Assembly: GCA_951406725.2 (NCBI GenBank)
Contig: OX597822.1
Span: forward strand, 67,394,001 to 67,458,000
Reading direction: 5' to 3'
Source: Octopus vulgaris
Lineage: Eukaryota
Length of the DNA stretch: 64,000 nt
In this document: one piece after another, positions 15,940 to 29,497 of the stretch
Layout: the number at the start of each line of letters is the position of its first letter
How positions within the stretch are numbered: the first letter of the stretch is position 1
Position numbers and translations under genes: made by a program
Notes under the pieces: model-generated
Told to the model about the DNA's origin: nothing
What the model saw: the letters and a program-made list of their open reading frames with translations, nothing else
The model's database searches: none

Positions 15940-16964
15940 TGAGGAATATGCGTGGATTTAAGAAAGTGGGTACACCAAATATCTATGCTTTATAAGTATG
16001 TGAGACAGCAGTCCCAGAGGAAAATATTGGGAAACCAAAGAATGGACGCAGTGAGATATTAGTTCCAGGGTTTTTGTAATGTGGTTGAAGAACCAGAATA
16101 ATCATCCCATTTCCACGCCTTTTAAAAAGTGGCATTATGAAGTAGTTTGTTAAAGTGCTGAGTAAACTTGGAAAATGCTTTCCCTATATCTGTAGCACAT
16201 TTTCCGACCTCAGCAATAAAAAGGTAAAAGATGGAATCTTTGATGAGACTCAAATAAGAGAATTGACGAAAGATGGGAACTTCGTAAATTCAACGGATTG
16301 CATTGAAGCGGCGAGATGGAATTCATTTGCAATAGCTGTAAATGATATTGTGGGTGATGTGAAAGCAGCCAATTATGCCGAAATAGTCGACATGTCGGAG
16401 AACTTTCTATAGCTGGGAGCAAATATGTGCATGAAGCTTCACCATCTTTAGAGTCACGTTGAGAAATTCCCTGAAAATATTGGTAACGCAAGTGCCAGGC
16501 AGAGAGAACTTTTCCACCAGGACATAACGACAATGGAACAAAAGTATCAAGGCAGATGGGACTTGCACATGGTGGTCTAGGAATATTGTTGGAACTTAGC
16601 TCTTGATCTTCGTGAGGCTTAGCACTGAAGAAAATCATTCAAGTGCAAATTCATTGGAAATTAGGAATGGACGTTGATGTCATTTTCCTGAAGAATCTTT
16701 AAGATCTTTTAATAATCTTTCAGTAGAATTTTAAGAAAACATTCTGGTTTTTAACAAAAACCAATTTCTATGTATGTTTTTATGTTATTCCTTGTTCCTC
16801 ATAAAATATTTTAATGGAAAAACAACGAAATTCTATAGATGCAGTATCTTAAAATCCTGACATGATGGTAATAAATGGATGTGATTTTCGGATTCTGCGC
16901 CCATAATCCCTAGTTCAGGCCCACATTTTTTTGCAACAGAGAGCAACGTTTTTGTTCGCCTGTG
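15940..16964 (+). mobile_element. Decayed DNA transposon, Chapaev-like (CMC) transposase relic
   Basis: GYTKYLCFISM*DS, KVKDGIFDETQIREL, WNSF..V..IVGDVKAANY and ..FHQDITTMEQKYQGRW motifs; terminus ...ttttgttcgcctgtg. The superfamily name is recalled from motif knowledge, not from a search. Confidence 0.7.
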
Positions 16965-17814
16965 TTATTTATTAATATACTTATCTAAAACTATAAGTGG
17001 ATATCTTCTGGTGTGAGAGTACGCTAATTTATTCAGTAATATATCACAGTGTATGCGTGTATGTGTGCACGCGTGGTATGTGTTTGTGTTTGAATTTTTC
17101 CTTCCCTTATCTGTCCTACACTCCTACATTTGGCCTTCATTATCAATATCGCCTTTATCTCTTCCTTCTTATTGCTTTCTCTCTCCCTCTGTTTCTCACT
17201 CCCTCTCCTCAACTGTTCCTCTTTCGCTTCGTTATCTTCCGTATCTTTTCTTTTAAATTTATCACTAACTGTTACACACTGTGCTTCGCCTTATCCATTT
17301 TCCGTACCCAACATAGCCGTCACTAACAACACACCATCAATTATAATAAAGCCCTTTTTATACCCATGCCACCATCATCGTCACCTTCCCTACCATATAT
17401 ATAACCCCTACTTTTCTTACAACAAACGCAGAAATGACTTCACGTTAGCCGACAATATGTTGACCCCTTCAACGGTGTCAACATAATTGTAATCCGGATC
17501 TCGACTTTAGACAATTTCCGACGGGAACTTGGTTTTCCAATGTGTCATCTTCCAACAAATAGGAGATTCTCATAATCATGAATGTGTGAAACCTGCATAA
17601 AGATTATCTTGTTGCTTGGCCTTAATTACTGTGAGGACTTTTGAGCTTCAGCTCTTAAAAACAGTTAATTGATTAAATATAGAAATTTTCTTTTCATTAT
17701 ATCCTCTGTATCTTCTGGTTAGGATTCCTAGCTTGCACTCAGGGCCACCGAGTTCGATTTCCAGCATAGAAAATCGTTGTTTTTTTATGTTTCTTTGAAA
17801 GAAATCATTTTACA

Positions 17815-18160
17815 GGCAGAGACATAGCTGAGTGGATAAGAATGTAGCTTTACAACCACGTGGGTTCCAGTTCTGTCCCACTGCGCGCCAGCTTCTGCAT
17901 GTGTCTTCTACTATATTTCAGGATTGACTAATGCTTTGTGAGTGACTTTGATCGACGGAAAGTGTGTGGAAGCCCGTCATATGTGTGTGTGTGTATTTGG
18001 ATTTGTGTTTGTCACATTCCCCCACTTGACAACCGTAGTTTGTTTGTTTCCATCCCAGGTTTAAATGATAGAACTACCGAGTTACTTTTGTTAGACTCAA
18101 AACCCTTCAAGCCAGTGCTCCAGTGTGACCGCAGTTCAATGAATGAAACAAGTAAAAGAT
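17815..18160 (+). mobile_element. SINE family A, diverged
   Basis: gtcccactgcg...gtgtcttctactat...cttgacaaccg...gtgctccag...tgaaacaagtaaaaga. Confidence 0.75.
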
Positions 18161-18534
18161 GTGTATTTCAGCCTAAGGCCTTGCTCAGAGCTGTCGCTTC
18201 TACCAATGCAACAATAGGTAATATTTATCCCCCTGGAAGTTCTCTTAGAACAAATTTTACAGCGGTAGATACCAACCATGAAACAGACTCGCATATTGGT
18301 TCTTGGCGCAAAATGCCCGCTTTTGTATATCGCTAGCAAGGATATAAATCACCGCCATCTGAAGCACCGAGATCACCAGATCATGTGATTTCGACTTTCC
18401 TGGCTCTCGTCAATGATGGACATTCAACCACTAGAGATAACAGTGACTCATCGCTCCGTCAGCGATATGCAGCAATACAGTGCCAGAACAGGCGCTAGTG
18501 TTACGATTAGCCAGTGAGCTTGTTAAAAACTACA

Positions 18535-18735
18535 TATTCCATCTTCTTGATATATTTGTTTCGGCCCTTTAAGATCAGAGCTTAAATTCTCGCCGGGGTT
18601 CCTTTGCTTTGCATCCCTCCCATTGTCGATAAAATAAAGTACCAGAGAAGTACTAGTGTCGATGTATCGAAGGTATCGACGACACCCTCCCCACTTAAAA
18701 TTCCTGGCTTTGAGTCTCAATTAAAAACTATTATT
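18535..18735 (+). mobile_element. SINE family B, diverged
   Basis: gtcgataaaataaagtaccag...gtcgatgtatcga...aaattcctggc. Confidence 0.6.
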
Positions 18736-19150
18736 AAATTGTAATACTAATCATTTTTAGATTTCTTTCCGCTTGTTTTGCAGTTCTCTCAATCCCCTTC
18801 AGCATCCTATTTTTCACCTCATCTTCACCATAATCATAAACATCAACATCCACTCGCTCATCCTCATCATTATCATCATCATCATTATCATCATCATAAT
18901 ATTACAACTACTACTACTACTGCAATTACAACTGCTGCTGTTATGGTAATTATGAGTGTCGTTAGTACCACCCCTACTACTAATTCCACAAATACTACAA
19001 ATCTTGCTAATACTCCTGTTACTAGTTCCATTATATATGCTGCTGCTGCTGCCGCTGTTGCTTATGCTACTGCTAATATCATTACCTCTACTACTGCTAT
19101 TAGTACTATTAGTACTACCTCTACTACTGCTACGTCTACTACGGCTAATA

Positions 19151-19396
19151 TAGTGTGTTCAAAAAGTCTCTCCGCTGTAAGTATTTAAATGGTTTTCGGG
19201 CAATTCTTGTACATTGATTTTTACTTGCTCCCCAGCAAAAAGAAAAAAAAAATGTCTGGCGGTGTCAAATCAGGTGAACTTCGTGGCCAAAGTCCCTTCG
19301 AAATAACCCGTTCACCGAAAAACTCTTGAAACAGCACCATGGTGCAATGCAGAATGAAAAAAAAATTCACTGCGGAGAGACTTTTTGAACACCCTG
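19151..19396. mobile_element. Tc1/mariner deletion derivative (MITE)
   Basis: TIRs tagtgtgttcaaaaagtctctccgc / gcggagagactttttgaacaccctg, TA flanks; minus strand encodes WPRSSPDLTPPD; lone related end at 37870-37930. Confidence 0.85.
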
Positions 19397-19453
19397 TAGT
19401 ATACTGCTAATATTACTACCTCTACTACTACTTATAGTACTACGACAACTTCT

Positions 19454-19454
<1 letters not shown>

Positions 19455-19517
<63 letters not shown>

Positions 19518-19524
19518 CAGCAGC

Positions 19525-19578
<54 letters not shown>

Positions 19579-19597
19579 GGTGGTGGTAGTAGTAGTT
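19455..19597. repeat. (TAG)n/(CAG)n/(TGG)n compound microsatellite
   Basis: Directly visible. Confidence 0.95.
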
Positions 19598-20039
19598 CTA
19601 ATTTTCCTATGATTTAGTACCACGTTTGCTACATAGGGTTTACATTTTCTACTTTTCTACTTCCCTCCCACCGCCACCATTTCCGTTTATCTTACCTATC
19701 CTCCTCCCCCCCTCCACTATTCCTAATACTGTTTCTTTTTTTTTGGTTTTGGTTTTGGTTCATTTTTGTAACTTTCTTTTTCTTCCTTCTATTATCATTT
19801 TGTCATTTTTTTCGCCACTTCATCTTTATTTCTCCTTTTCTTCGCCTTCCTCCCATTCTCTCTTCAAGATATTCTCATCTTCCTCATTTCTTCAATTCCC
19901 AATTCCATTTATTTACCGTTTCTCTTTTTCTCTCATTATCAGCAGCTGCAACATCACAGTATCACCACAAACACCACCACCACCACAAACACCACCACAA
20001 TCACAGCATACTCCACCACCACAACTACTACGACGACTT

Positions 20040-21370
20040 TCCACTTCTTCTTCTTCTTCTTCTACTACTTCTTCTTCTTCTTTTCCTACTACTTCTTTTT
20101 CTTTTTTCTTCTTCTTCCTCTTCTTCTTCCTCCCCTCCTCCCCCTTCCCCTCCTCTTTTTCTTCTTCTTCCACTTCTTCTTCCTCCCCTCCTCCCCTTCC
20201 CCTCCTCTTTTTCTTCTTCTTCTGCCTCCCCTCCTCCCCCTTCCCCTCCTCTTTTTCTTCTTCTTCTTCCTCTTCTTCTTCCTCCCTCCTCCCCTTCCCC
20301 TCCTCTTTTTCTTCTTCTTCTTCCTCTTCTTCTTCCTCCCCTCCTCCCCCTTCCCCTCCTCTTTTTCTTCTTCTTCTTCCTCTTCTTCTGCCTCCCCTCC
20401 TCCCCCTTCCCCTCCTCTTTTTCTTCTTCTTCCTCTTCTTCTTCTTCCTCCCTCCTCCCCTTCCCCTCCTCTTTTTCTTCTTCTTCTTCCTCTTCTTCTT
20501 CCTCCCCTCCTCCCCCTTACCCTCCTCTTTTTCTTCTTCTTCTTCCTCTACTTCTTCTACTTCTTCTTCTACTTACTTCTTCTTCCCCTTCTTCTTCTTC
20601 CCCTTCTTCTTCTTCCCCTTCTTCTTCTTCCCCTTCTTCTTCCTCCCCCCCCTCCTCCTTCCCCTCCTCTTTTTCTTCTTCTTCTACTGCCGCTGTGGCT
20701 TCTGGTTGTTGTTGCTGTCGTTGCCCTTCTTCATCCTTTTTTCTTCTACTTCTACTATCGCATGGTTTTTCATCATCATCATCGTCGTCATCATTAGCTT
20801 CTACTTCATCTCCTCCTCCTCCTCCTCCTTCTCCTTCTTCTTCTTCCTCGTCCTTCATCTTCCTCTCCTACTTTTCCTCTTCATTTTCTTCTTCTCCTCC
20901 CTTTCTCCTTCTTCTTCTTCCTCGTTCTTCATCTTCCTCTCCTACTTTTCCTCTTCATTTTCTTCTTCTCGTCCCTTTCTCTTCTTCTTCTTCCCCGTTC
21001 TTCCTCTCTTTCCTCTTCCCTATTCTTCCTGTTCTCTTTCTTCCTCTTCTTCTCCATCTTCTTTTTCTTCTTCTCCATCTTCTTTTTCTTCTTCTTCTTC
21101 TTCTTCCCCGTTCTTCTTCTATTTCTTCTTCTTCTTCGTCTTCTCCTTCTTCTTCTTCTTCTTCTTCTTCTTCTTCTTCTTCTCCTCCTTCTTCTTCTCC
21201 TTCTTCTTCTTCTTCTTCTTCTTCTTCTTCTTCTTCTTCTATGTCTTCTACTGCCTTATAATTTACTTCTTCATGTTTTTCATCATCATCTTGTCCTTCT
21301 TTCCCGTTCTTCATTTTCTTCAACTTGTTCTTATTCTTCTTCATTTCTTCCGCTTCTTCTTTTACTTCTA
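20040..21370. repeat. Polypyrimidine (CTT/CCT)n tract with an embedded minisatellite of about 57-60 bp
   Basis: Unit ctcccctcctcccccttcccctcctctttttcttcttcttc recurs about 8 times in 20125-20690. Confidence 0.95.
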
Positions 21371-21747
21371 CTACTACCACTACTACTACTACAACTAGTG
21401 TTGCGTCTATTACTACTACCACTACTACTGCTACTAAAACAAGAAAGGTTCTGTGTAAAATTGAGAAAAAAGGTGTCGGTTCAAGATATAAGATCGAGAT
21501 AAAGACGACGATATTTTTATCATATCAACCTTTGGTATGAAAAAAAATATATTCTTTTCTTCGTCATTTATCAGCTTACCTGTATTTATGTGTGCAGGTA
21601 TATGTGTGTTCGTGTTTGTGTGGAGAGAGAGAGACAGAGACAGATAGACAGACATACAGACAGACGGAAACAATGAGTAAGAGACAGCGAAGAGGAAAAA
21701 CAGTTTCATTTATATAAATGCATACGTTGAAACTTATATGCAAATGT

Positions 21748-21790
<43 letters not shown>

Positions 21791-21854
21791 CATACATACA
21801 TACATACATACATACATACATACATACACACATACATAGATCGATCGATCGATC

Positions 21855-21893
<39 letters not shown>

Positions 21894-21899
21894 TGATAA

Positions 21900-21949
<50 letters not shown>

Positions 21950-21986
21950 TGATAAATAGATAGATAGATAGATAGATAGATAGATT

Positions 21987-22049
<63 letters not shown>

Positions 22050-22140
22050 GTATATATATATGTGCGTGTACACATGCAGACACATGTGTGTGTGTGTGTA
22101 TGTGTGTGTGTATGTGTGTGTGTGTGGGTGTGTGTGTGTG

Positions 22141-22220
<80 letters not shown>
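21748..22220. repeat. (GATA)n, (CATA)n and (TG)n microsatellites
   Basis: Directly visible. Confidence 0.95.
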
Positions 22221-22221
<1 letters not shown>

Positions 22222-23064
22222 TTACTACGCCACATGGAGAGTATTTCCAATTAACAACTGCGGTGGTCAGAAAGAGTTAAAACGAAAGTAAGACAACAAT
22301 CCTTTTTTTTTTCTTTTCCTTTTTCAGACAATCGACGCCATACTGAATAATCGGTTAGATTGAATACAACGAACGGCAATTACGGTCGTTGTCGTCTCAT
22401 CTCTGCTCTGTGTGTGTGAGTTAGATCATTAATCTTCTTTATGCTCCTACTTAACCTACCGTTGTTTCATGTGATAGAAGTACTTGAAATGCTGTTGTTG
22501 CTGTAAAAATTAGCATAAATGATGAATTGTGATCGACTGACCCTTACTGGAAATTTATCAGAAGTTCGTGATATTTGTTATGATATCTACACATGTTTCT
22601 TGAGCTGAATATCATTTTCTCGTCAGTGCATAATAACTCATTCACGTTATTTAGGAGAAACTGAAACCGGATAAGCAAGTACTTGAGAAAATATCGTGAA
22701 ATATTCAATATTCCGCCAGTAGCATCTTCTTTTACAGATATGCATTTTATTTTTGTGTGTGTTTAGGTTCAAAGAATTGTAGATTCAGGAAATAGATACA
22801 CTTAAAATGATTGTGGGATGCTATTTATTTATGATTATTTTACATTCAATATACGCACGAATACGTACCTAATTTTCTTGTCCTTTGTTCTTTAATCATT
22901 GTATATTTTACTCTCATTACAGCCTGTACAACTGTACCCTGTAAATGAATGAACGCATGCATCGGAGCGTAATAATAGCGTAATATACTATATTGAGTTT
23001 TAAACGTTATATGTCACACACTGTAAAAATATATGAGAAGGAAATTGTATGAGAAGGAAACGCC

Positions 23065-23550
23065 GAGTAGATGAAACAGTGACAACTGATGAAGGGGAAT
23101 ATTCTTTATGTTGCATGTCTCGTTTCTCTGTTTGTTTTTTCGTTGTTCGAAAGAAAAGTACGTTTTCTATGTTTTTGTTTTATGTTTCCGTTTCTCATTG
23201 TGTTCAAAGTATTTTTTGATGTCCTGTACACATATATGCATGTATATATACATATATATCTATGTATGTACATATATGTATGTATATATGCATATATTTA
23301 TGCATTATTTATATTATTTAATGTATATATATATATATATATATTGTCCTTATATTCGTAACTCGGAGCAGATGAAACAGAGACAACTGATGACGGGCAA
23401 TATTCTTTATGTTGCGTGTCTCGTTTCTCTGATTTTTTCGTTGTCCTGTTCCCATATATGCATGCATATATACATATATATGTATGTATGTACATATATG
23501 TATGTATATATGCACATATTTATATATTATTTATATTATTATATATATTT
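23065..23550 (+). repeat. Partial tandem duplication of an interspersed repeat
   Basis: gatgaaacag(t/a)gacaactgatga...tgtctcgtttctctg starts at 23070 and 23371; related segment at 52895-52992. Confidence 0.75.
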
Positions 23551-23558
23551 CTGTGTTC

Positions 23559-23594
23559 CTTTCTGTTGAAGAGCGTGGGCTCGAAACGTAAAAG
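23559..23594 (+). ncRNA. Variant minimal hammerhead-like motif (core CUGUUGA) in a multi-copy repeat
   Basis: cttt CTGTTGA a gagc-gtgg-gctc GAA acgt A aaag. Confidence 0.45.
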
Positions 23595-23988
23595 ACTTTC
23601 TCAATTCCCGAGTGTTAAACTAATATATCTGTTTGCTGTAAATTCCAACTATATATATATATATGGCTTAGGCATAGCGAAACTAATAACCTGATGTAGA
23701 ACTCAATATTTGTATGCTTCAGAACACAATGTTAGATGGTTATAGAGTTGTAATAACAATAAAGATATGATACCGGAATAAATAAAGGTTAGGTAATAAA
23801 CCTCATTACATAACCCTTGTTTTTTTCGGTGTCATTCTCTTACATGCATGCGTGTGTGTGTGTGTATGTGTGTGTGTGTGTATGTGTGTGTGTGTGTGTG
23901 TGTAGTTGAAATTTACAGAAAATCAAAAAGGAAGACATATGTATGAACAACAAGTGTATTAATTTGACGCTTGAGAAAGGGAGAAAGT

Positions 23989-24024
23989 CTTTGACGATTC
24001 GAGCCTACGCCCTTCAACAGAAAG
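23989..24024 (-). ncRNA. Second copy of the variant hammerhead-like motif
   Basis: Reverse complement: cttt CTGTTGA a gggc-gtag-gctc GAA tcgt C aaag. Confidence 0.4.
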
Positions 24025-24131
24025 GAACAAGAGAAAATTAACAGAGGGAAAAAATGTGGATTTAGCGGTATATATATGTATGTATGTATATGTATATGTA
24101 TATATATATATCTATATACATATATATATGC

Positions 24132-24179
<48 letters not shown>

Positions 24180-24202
24180 GCATGTGTATATATGTATATA
24201 TA

Positions 24203-25172
<970 letters not shown>

Positions 25173-25320
25173 TATATACATATATATGTATATATGTATA
25201 CATATATACATATATATATATATATACATATATATATGTATATATATACATATATATATATACATATATATGTATATATGTATACATATATACATATATA
25301 TATATATACATATATATATG

Positions 25321-25352
<32 letters not shown>

Positions 25353-26102
25353 CATTTATACATTTGTATATGCATGTGTGTATATAAATACATATATATA
25401 CGTGTATATATATGCATATATATATATATATGCATGTATGTATGTATGTATGTATGTATGTATGTATGTATGTATGTATTTGTTTATTACTGGATTAGCA
25501 ACACCAGAATCAGTACAAGTTCAAAATACCATTCTGTATATCTTATTTAACTTGAATTTTTGTAGAAATCCACAAAATTGCGGTATTCGTCTTAAGAGAG
25601 CCTGTAGTAAAGACGTGTGTTGCTACACAGCAAAGACGCACATCGGTAACAGAAGAAATGTGTCCAACAACAGCGTTGGAATTGCTAAATCTAGATTTCT
25701 ACTTCCTTTAGTATCACCAGGAGCAAATTACAACAATTTTGGCCGCTACTAAGATAGAAAAATAGAGATAAATAAATCACTGGTGTCGCAACAAGACGAC
25801 AAGATGTATAAATGTTACAATGTCATTCCAGATTCATACAATGACTGTTCTCTAAAAGCCGTACGGATGTGGCTTTCCAATCTTACACTGTTTTCCAGAG
25901 ATGTGCCAACGATGGATGCCTCTTGCAGCGAGTGTGTAGCGGATTATCAGCCACACTAATATATACCCATGTGTATTCGAGGAAATATTCGAAAAACTAA
26001 TTTAACTTGAAATATTTCACTAAACACATATTTTACTGGTTTATATTCAGATTACCGCTGCAATGATCATCAGGGTTTTACCAGCTAGTTATCATATTTA
26101 AT

Positions 26103-26507
26103 TCTTTATAGCCCACAGGGGGAGCTAAACATAGAGGGGACGGACAAAGGGACTAAGTCGATTACATCGACCCCAGTGCGTAACTGGTACTTATTTAATC
26201 GACCCCGAAAGGATGGAAGGCAAAATCGACCGTGGCGGAATTTGAACTCAGAACGTAGCAGCAGACGAAATACCTATTTCTTTACTACCCACAAGGGGCT
26301 AAACACAGAGGGGACAAACAAGGACAGACAAACGGATTAAGTCGATTATATCGACTCCAGTGCGTAACTGGTACTTAATTTATCGACCCCAAAAGGATGA
26401 AAGGCAAAGTCGACCTCGGCGGAATTTGAACTCAGAACGTAGCGGCAGACGAAATACGGCAACGCATTTCGCCCGGCGTGCTAACGTTTCTGCCAGTTCG
26501 CCGCCAT
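26103..26507 (-). mobile_element. SINE family B tandem dimer
   Basis: Same junction gacgaaatac|ctatttctttactaccc at about 26273. Confidence 0.9.
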
Positions 26508-27226
26508 TATATTAGCGGTAATTGTAACTTGTTGTGTGGACTGGAAGACAGGCGGCATGGTAACTGTAGAATTGTCGCTAAGAGTGAAAGCACGTCGCGT
26601 TCTAAAGGAACACTGATAGGAACGCAATTAATTTCATTTCTTCTTTCGATAAAATTATATTCATTAACTTTCTTCCTATATTCAACAAATGTTGCTTGTT
26701 GGCGTTATTGTTTTGCTGTGAAAGAATTTAGCTCTGAGCGCTGATCGTTCTTGTATGTTTCAATCTATTCATATGCTCAACGGATAGGGTTTTATTTCGT
26801 TTTGTTTTTATAGCAATAACTCTAAAAAAACAATGTGGAATATAATTATGGTTTCTTTTATAACTCCACCTAAACAGCGGTTGTTTACCTTTCCGAAGGC
26901 TACTTTACTTCTGTTCTTTAACTATGTAGCTGACTTTGTCTTGTTGAGCCATGTTGTTTGCAGCGACTCGATGCACATAAAATTCAAATCTGTGGCAAAA
27001 ATCACTCCGGTCTTGAATAAAATGCTCTCCCAGTCATGTAAACTCAGTTATCTGAAATGGGTCTTGTTATATGCCATCCTCCCACTCACAGTTCATCGAA
27101 TTTTCATCAGACTGTTTTCAAAATATATGGTTCCGATGTAGTTATGCATGGTGATGATGGAATTCTTAATTTCCGGAAATTAATAATAAAGAGGTTACAA
27201 GCATTTACAATTATGTAATTTTTAAC

Positions 27227-27267
27227 CAAACTAAGACCTTGATTGTAACAATCAAGGTCTTAGTTTG
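27227..27267. repeat. Perfect palindrome with 20-bp arms and a 1-nt spacer
   Basis: caaactaagaccttgattgt-a-acaatcaaggtcttagtttg. Confidence 0.9.
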
Positions 27268-27736
27268 AGCATATCGTGGGTTGGAACTGTCTGTTGATAT
27301 AGAAATCAGCAAATCGAATGAAAAGGGTGTCTTTAAGAAACACAGCGAATGCGTATTTGTTATTAATACACAAGATGTGTTTGCGATTACACATCACACA
27401 TATATTTAATATTCCTTGGAATATATAGTGGTGTTCTAATTACGAATTTAGAAAAGCAATAACTCCAATTACGTCATATAATGTATTGTCCTTTCTGTTT
27501 TTAGACGTTATAGTCTACGTGAAGAAAGGTCTGGGTGCTATTTTTAGCTGGTTGAGATCCATGTAAACGTTTCGTCTTCGTTTACATTTATGATTTCCAT
27601 AACAACAGACAATTTTGTTCTACAATATGCTGGCAATGAACAAAACTGACTAAAATTGTATTATTCTAAAGGCTTGTAAATTCTTTGTTTTTAATTTCTA
27701 GAAAAAAAAACAAAACGAATGCAATTATCTTCATCA

Positions 27737-28135
27737 GCAGGAGTGGTTCTGTGGTAGGTAGCTTGCTTACCAACCACATGGTTCCAGGTTCAGTCCCACT
27801 GTGTGGCACCTTGGAAGAGTGTCTTCTACTATAGCCTCGGGCCGACCAAAATCTTGTGAGTGGATTTCGTAGACGGAAACTGAAAGAAGCCCGTCGTATA
27901 TATGTACATGTATATATGTGTGTGCGTGGGTTTGTGTGTCTGTGTTTGTCCCCCAACATCGCTTGACCAGCGATGATTGTGTGTTAACGTCCCATTAACC
28001 TAGCGGTTCGGCAAAAGAGACCGATAGAATAAGTACTACGCTTACAAAAAAATAAGTCCTGGGGTCGATTTGCTCGACTAAAGGCGGTGCCCCAGCATGG
28101 CGGCAGTCAAATGACTGAAACAAGTAAAAGACTAA
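27737..28135 (+). mobile_element. SINE family A, full length
   Basis: Matches other copies. Confidence 0.92.
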
Positions 28136-28959
28136 AATAAAAAAGCATGGAAAACTACATCCGAACGACATTTCTTGAAAATTATCTGAGTGAAAATTCG
28201 AAGAAACCTTCAAGTGGCTGGAAGAAATTCAACAAGATCCTTGAAAATTCACCATTTATTTAACAGAGCCGATAGCTGTGGCTTCAAAGTCGGAGATACT
28301 ATTCATCCTGTTTCCATTGAACAGTCACCTACTTCAATCAGGCAAATCGTTGCATCGTAACATGCATTATATGCATGTATGTGCGTGTATCCATCTATGT
28401 GAATATATACAATGTGTTTTCGTGTTTTTAATTTATAGTCTTCTTAGAATGGAATACTGATTTCCAAGCAAGGAACAAAAGTTCCATCACTGGAACGTGG
28501 ACAGCAACAACGATAATTATTGTCGACCAAACTTTTGCAAAGTCTCACATAACTGTACTCGTCCGCGTACAGATTGCGTGGTTAAAACTTTTGTTAACTT
28601 GTTTCTTTCCATGCTCGAGTATCCCAGCTTTTCCAGAAAGCTGCTTACATATTTAAAAACATACACATGAGCTACGATAATCATTGGTGCAAATCTAAAT
28701 TTATGATCAGGATATAGGAGGTTCAGGTTTCAAAAAGTGTTTGTATATGTATAGGAGAGTATTGTATTAAAAGAATGATGAGTTTTGAATGGTCCAACAA
28801 TGCACAATAATAATGTGCATTCTAATACAACAGATGTATTAGAATAACGCTCGGGAATTGAAAAAATCTTCCACAGAAAGGAACGCAGAAAGAAACAAGG
28901 AGAGAATCAAAGAGAGAAAATAATGTGTATAGTGGCTACCGTTCTATCATGGCGACATA

Positions 28960-29008
<49 letters not shown>

Positions 29009-29029
29009 ATCAAAAACGTTTACAAACTC

Positions 29030-29114
29030 GGCTCATCTTATACTGCAGTTTCGTCTTTTTTTTAGCAGAAAAATATAATTTATCTGCCAAGGCTAGACTC
29101 TTCAGTAAGCAGCC
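29030..29114 (-). ncRNA. Type I hammerhead ribozyme fold (Penelope-like minimal type)
   Basis: Reverse complement: ggctg ctta CTGAAGA gtct...agac GAA actgcagt A taag atgagcc; intact core, stems I and II, palindromic stem III, GUA site. Confidence 0.8.
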
Positions 29115-29192
29115 TTTGTTATCCTAGAAGTACATATCGTTAGAAGCTTGTGCGATTCTACCGACTTGCATTCTCTAACTTTTCCTGAAAAG

Positions 29193-29256
<64 letters not shown>

Positions 29257-29259
29257 CAC

Positions 29260-29381
<122 letters not shown>

Positions 29382-29497
29382 ATATACATATGTATATGTA
29401 TACATATATATAGGTATATATATATACATATATACATTCATATATATATATAAATATAAATATATATATGTGTGTGTGTGTGTGTAATTATGCATCA

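Noticed and set aside
20125-20690. CRISPR-like regularly spaced repeats
   Set aside because: Low-complexity minisatellite with no unique spacers or cas genes, in a eukaryotic context
19626-21398. 590-aa ORF and overlapping Ser/Glu-rich ORFs
   Set aside because: Translation of a CTT/CCT tract that lacks stop codons by composition; no domain evidence
22585-22635. Minus-strand CTGACGA...GAA acatgt hammerhead-like string
   Set aside because: Position 17 would be G, and neither stem I nor stem II pairs
25566-25752. Possible exon after tttttgtag
   Set aside because: Weak donor site and no recognisable protein similarity
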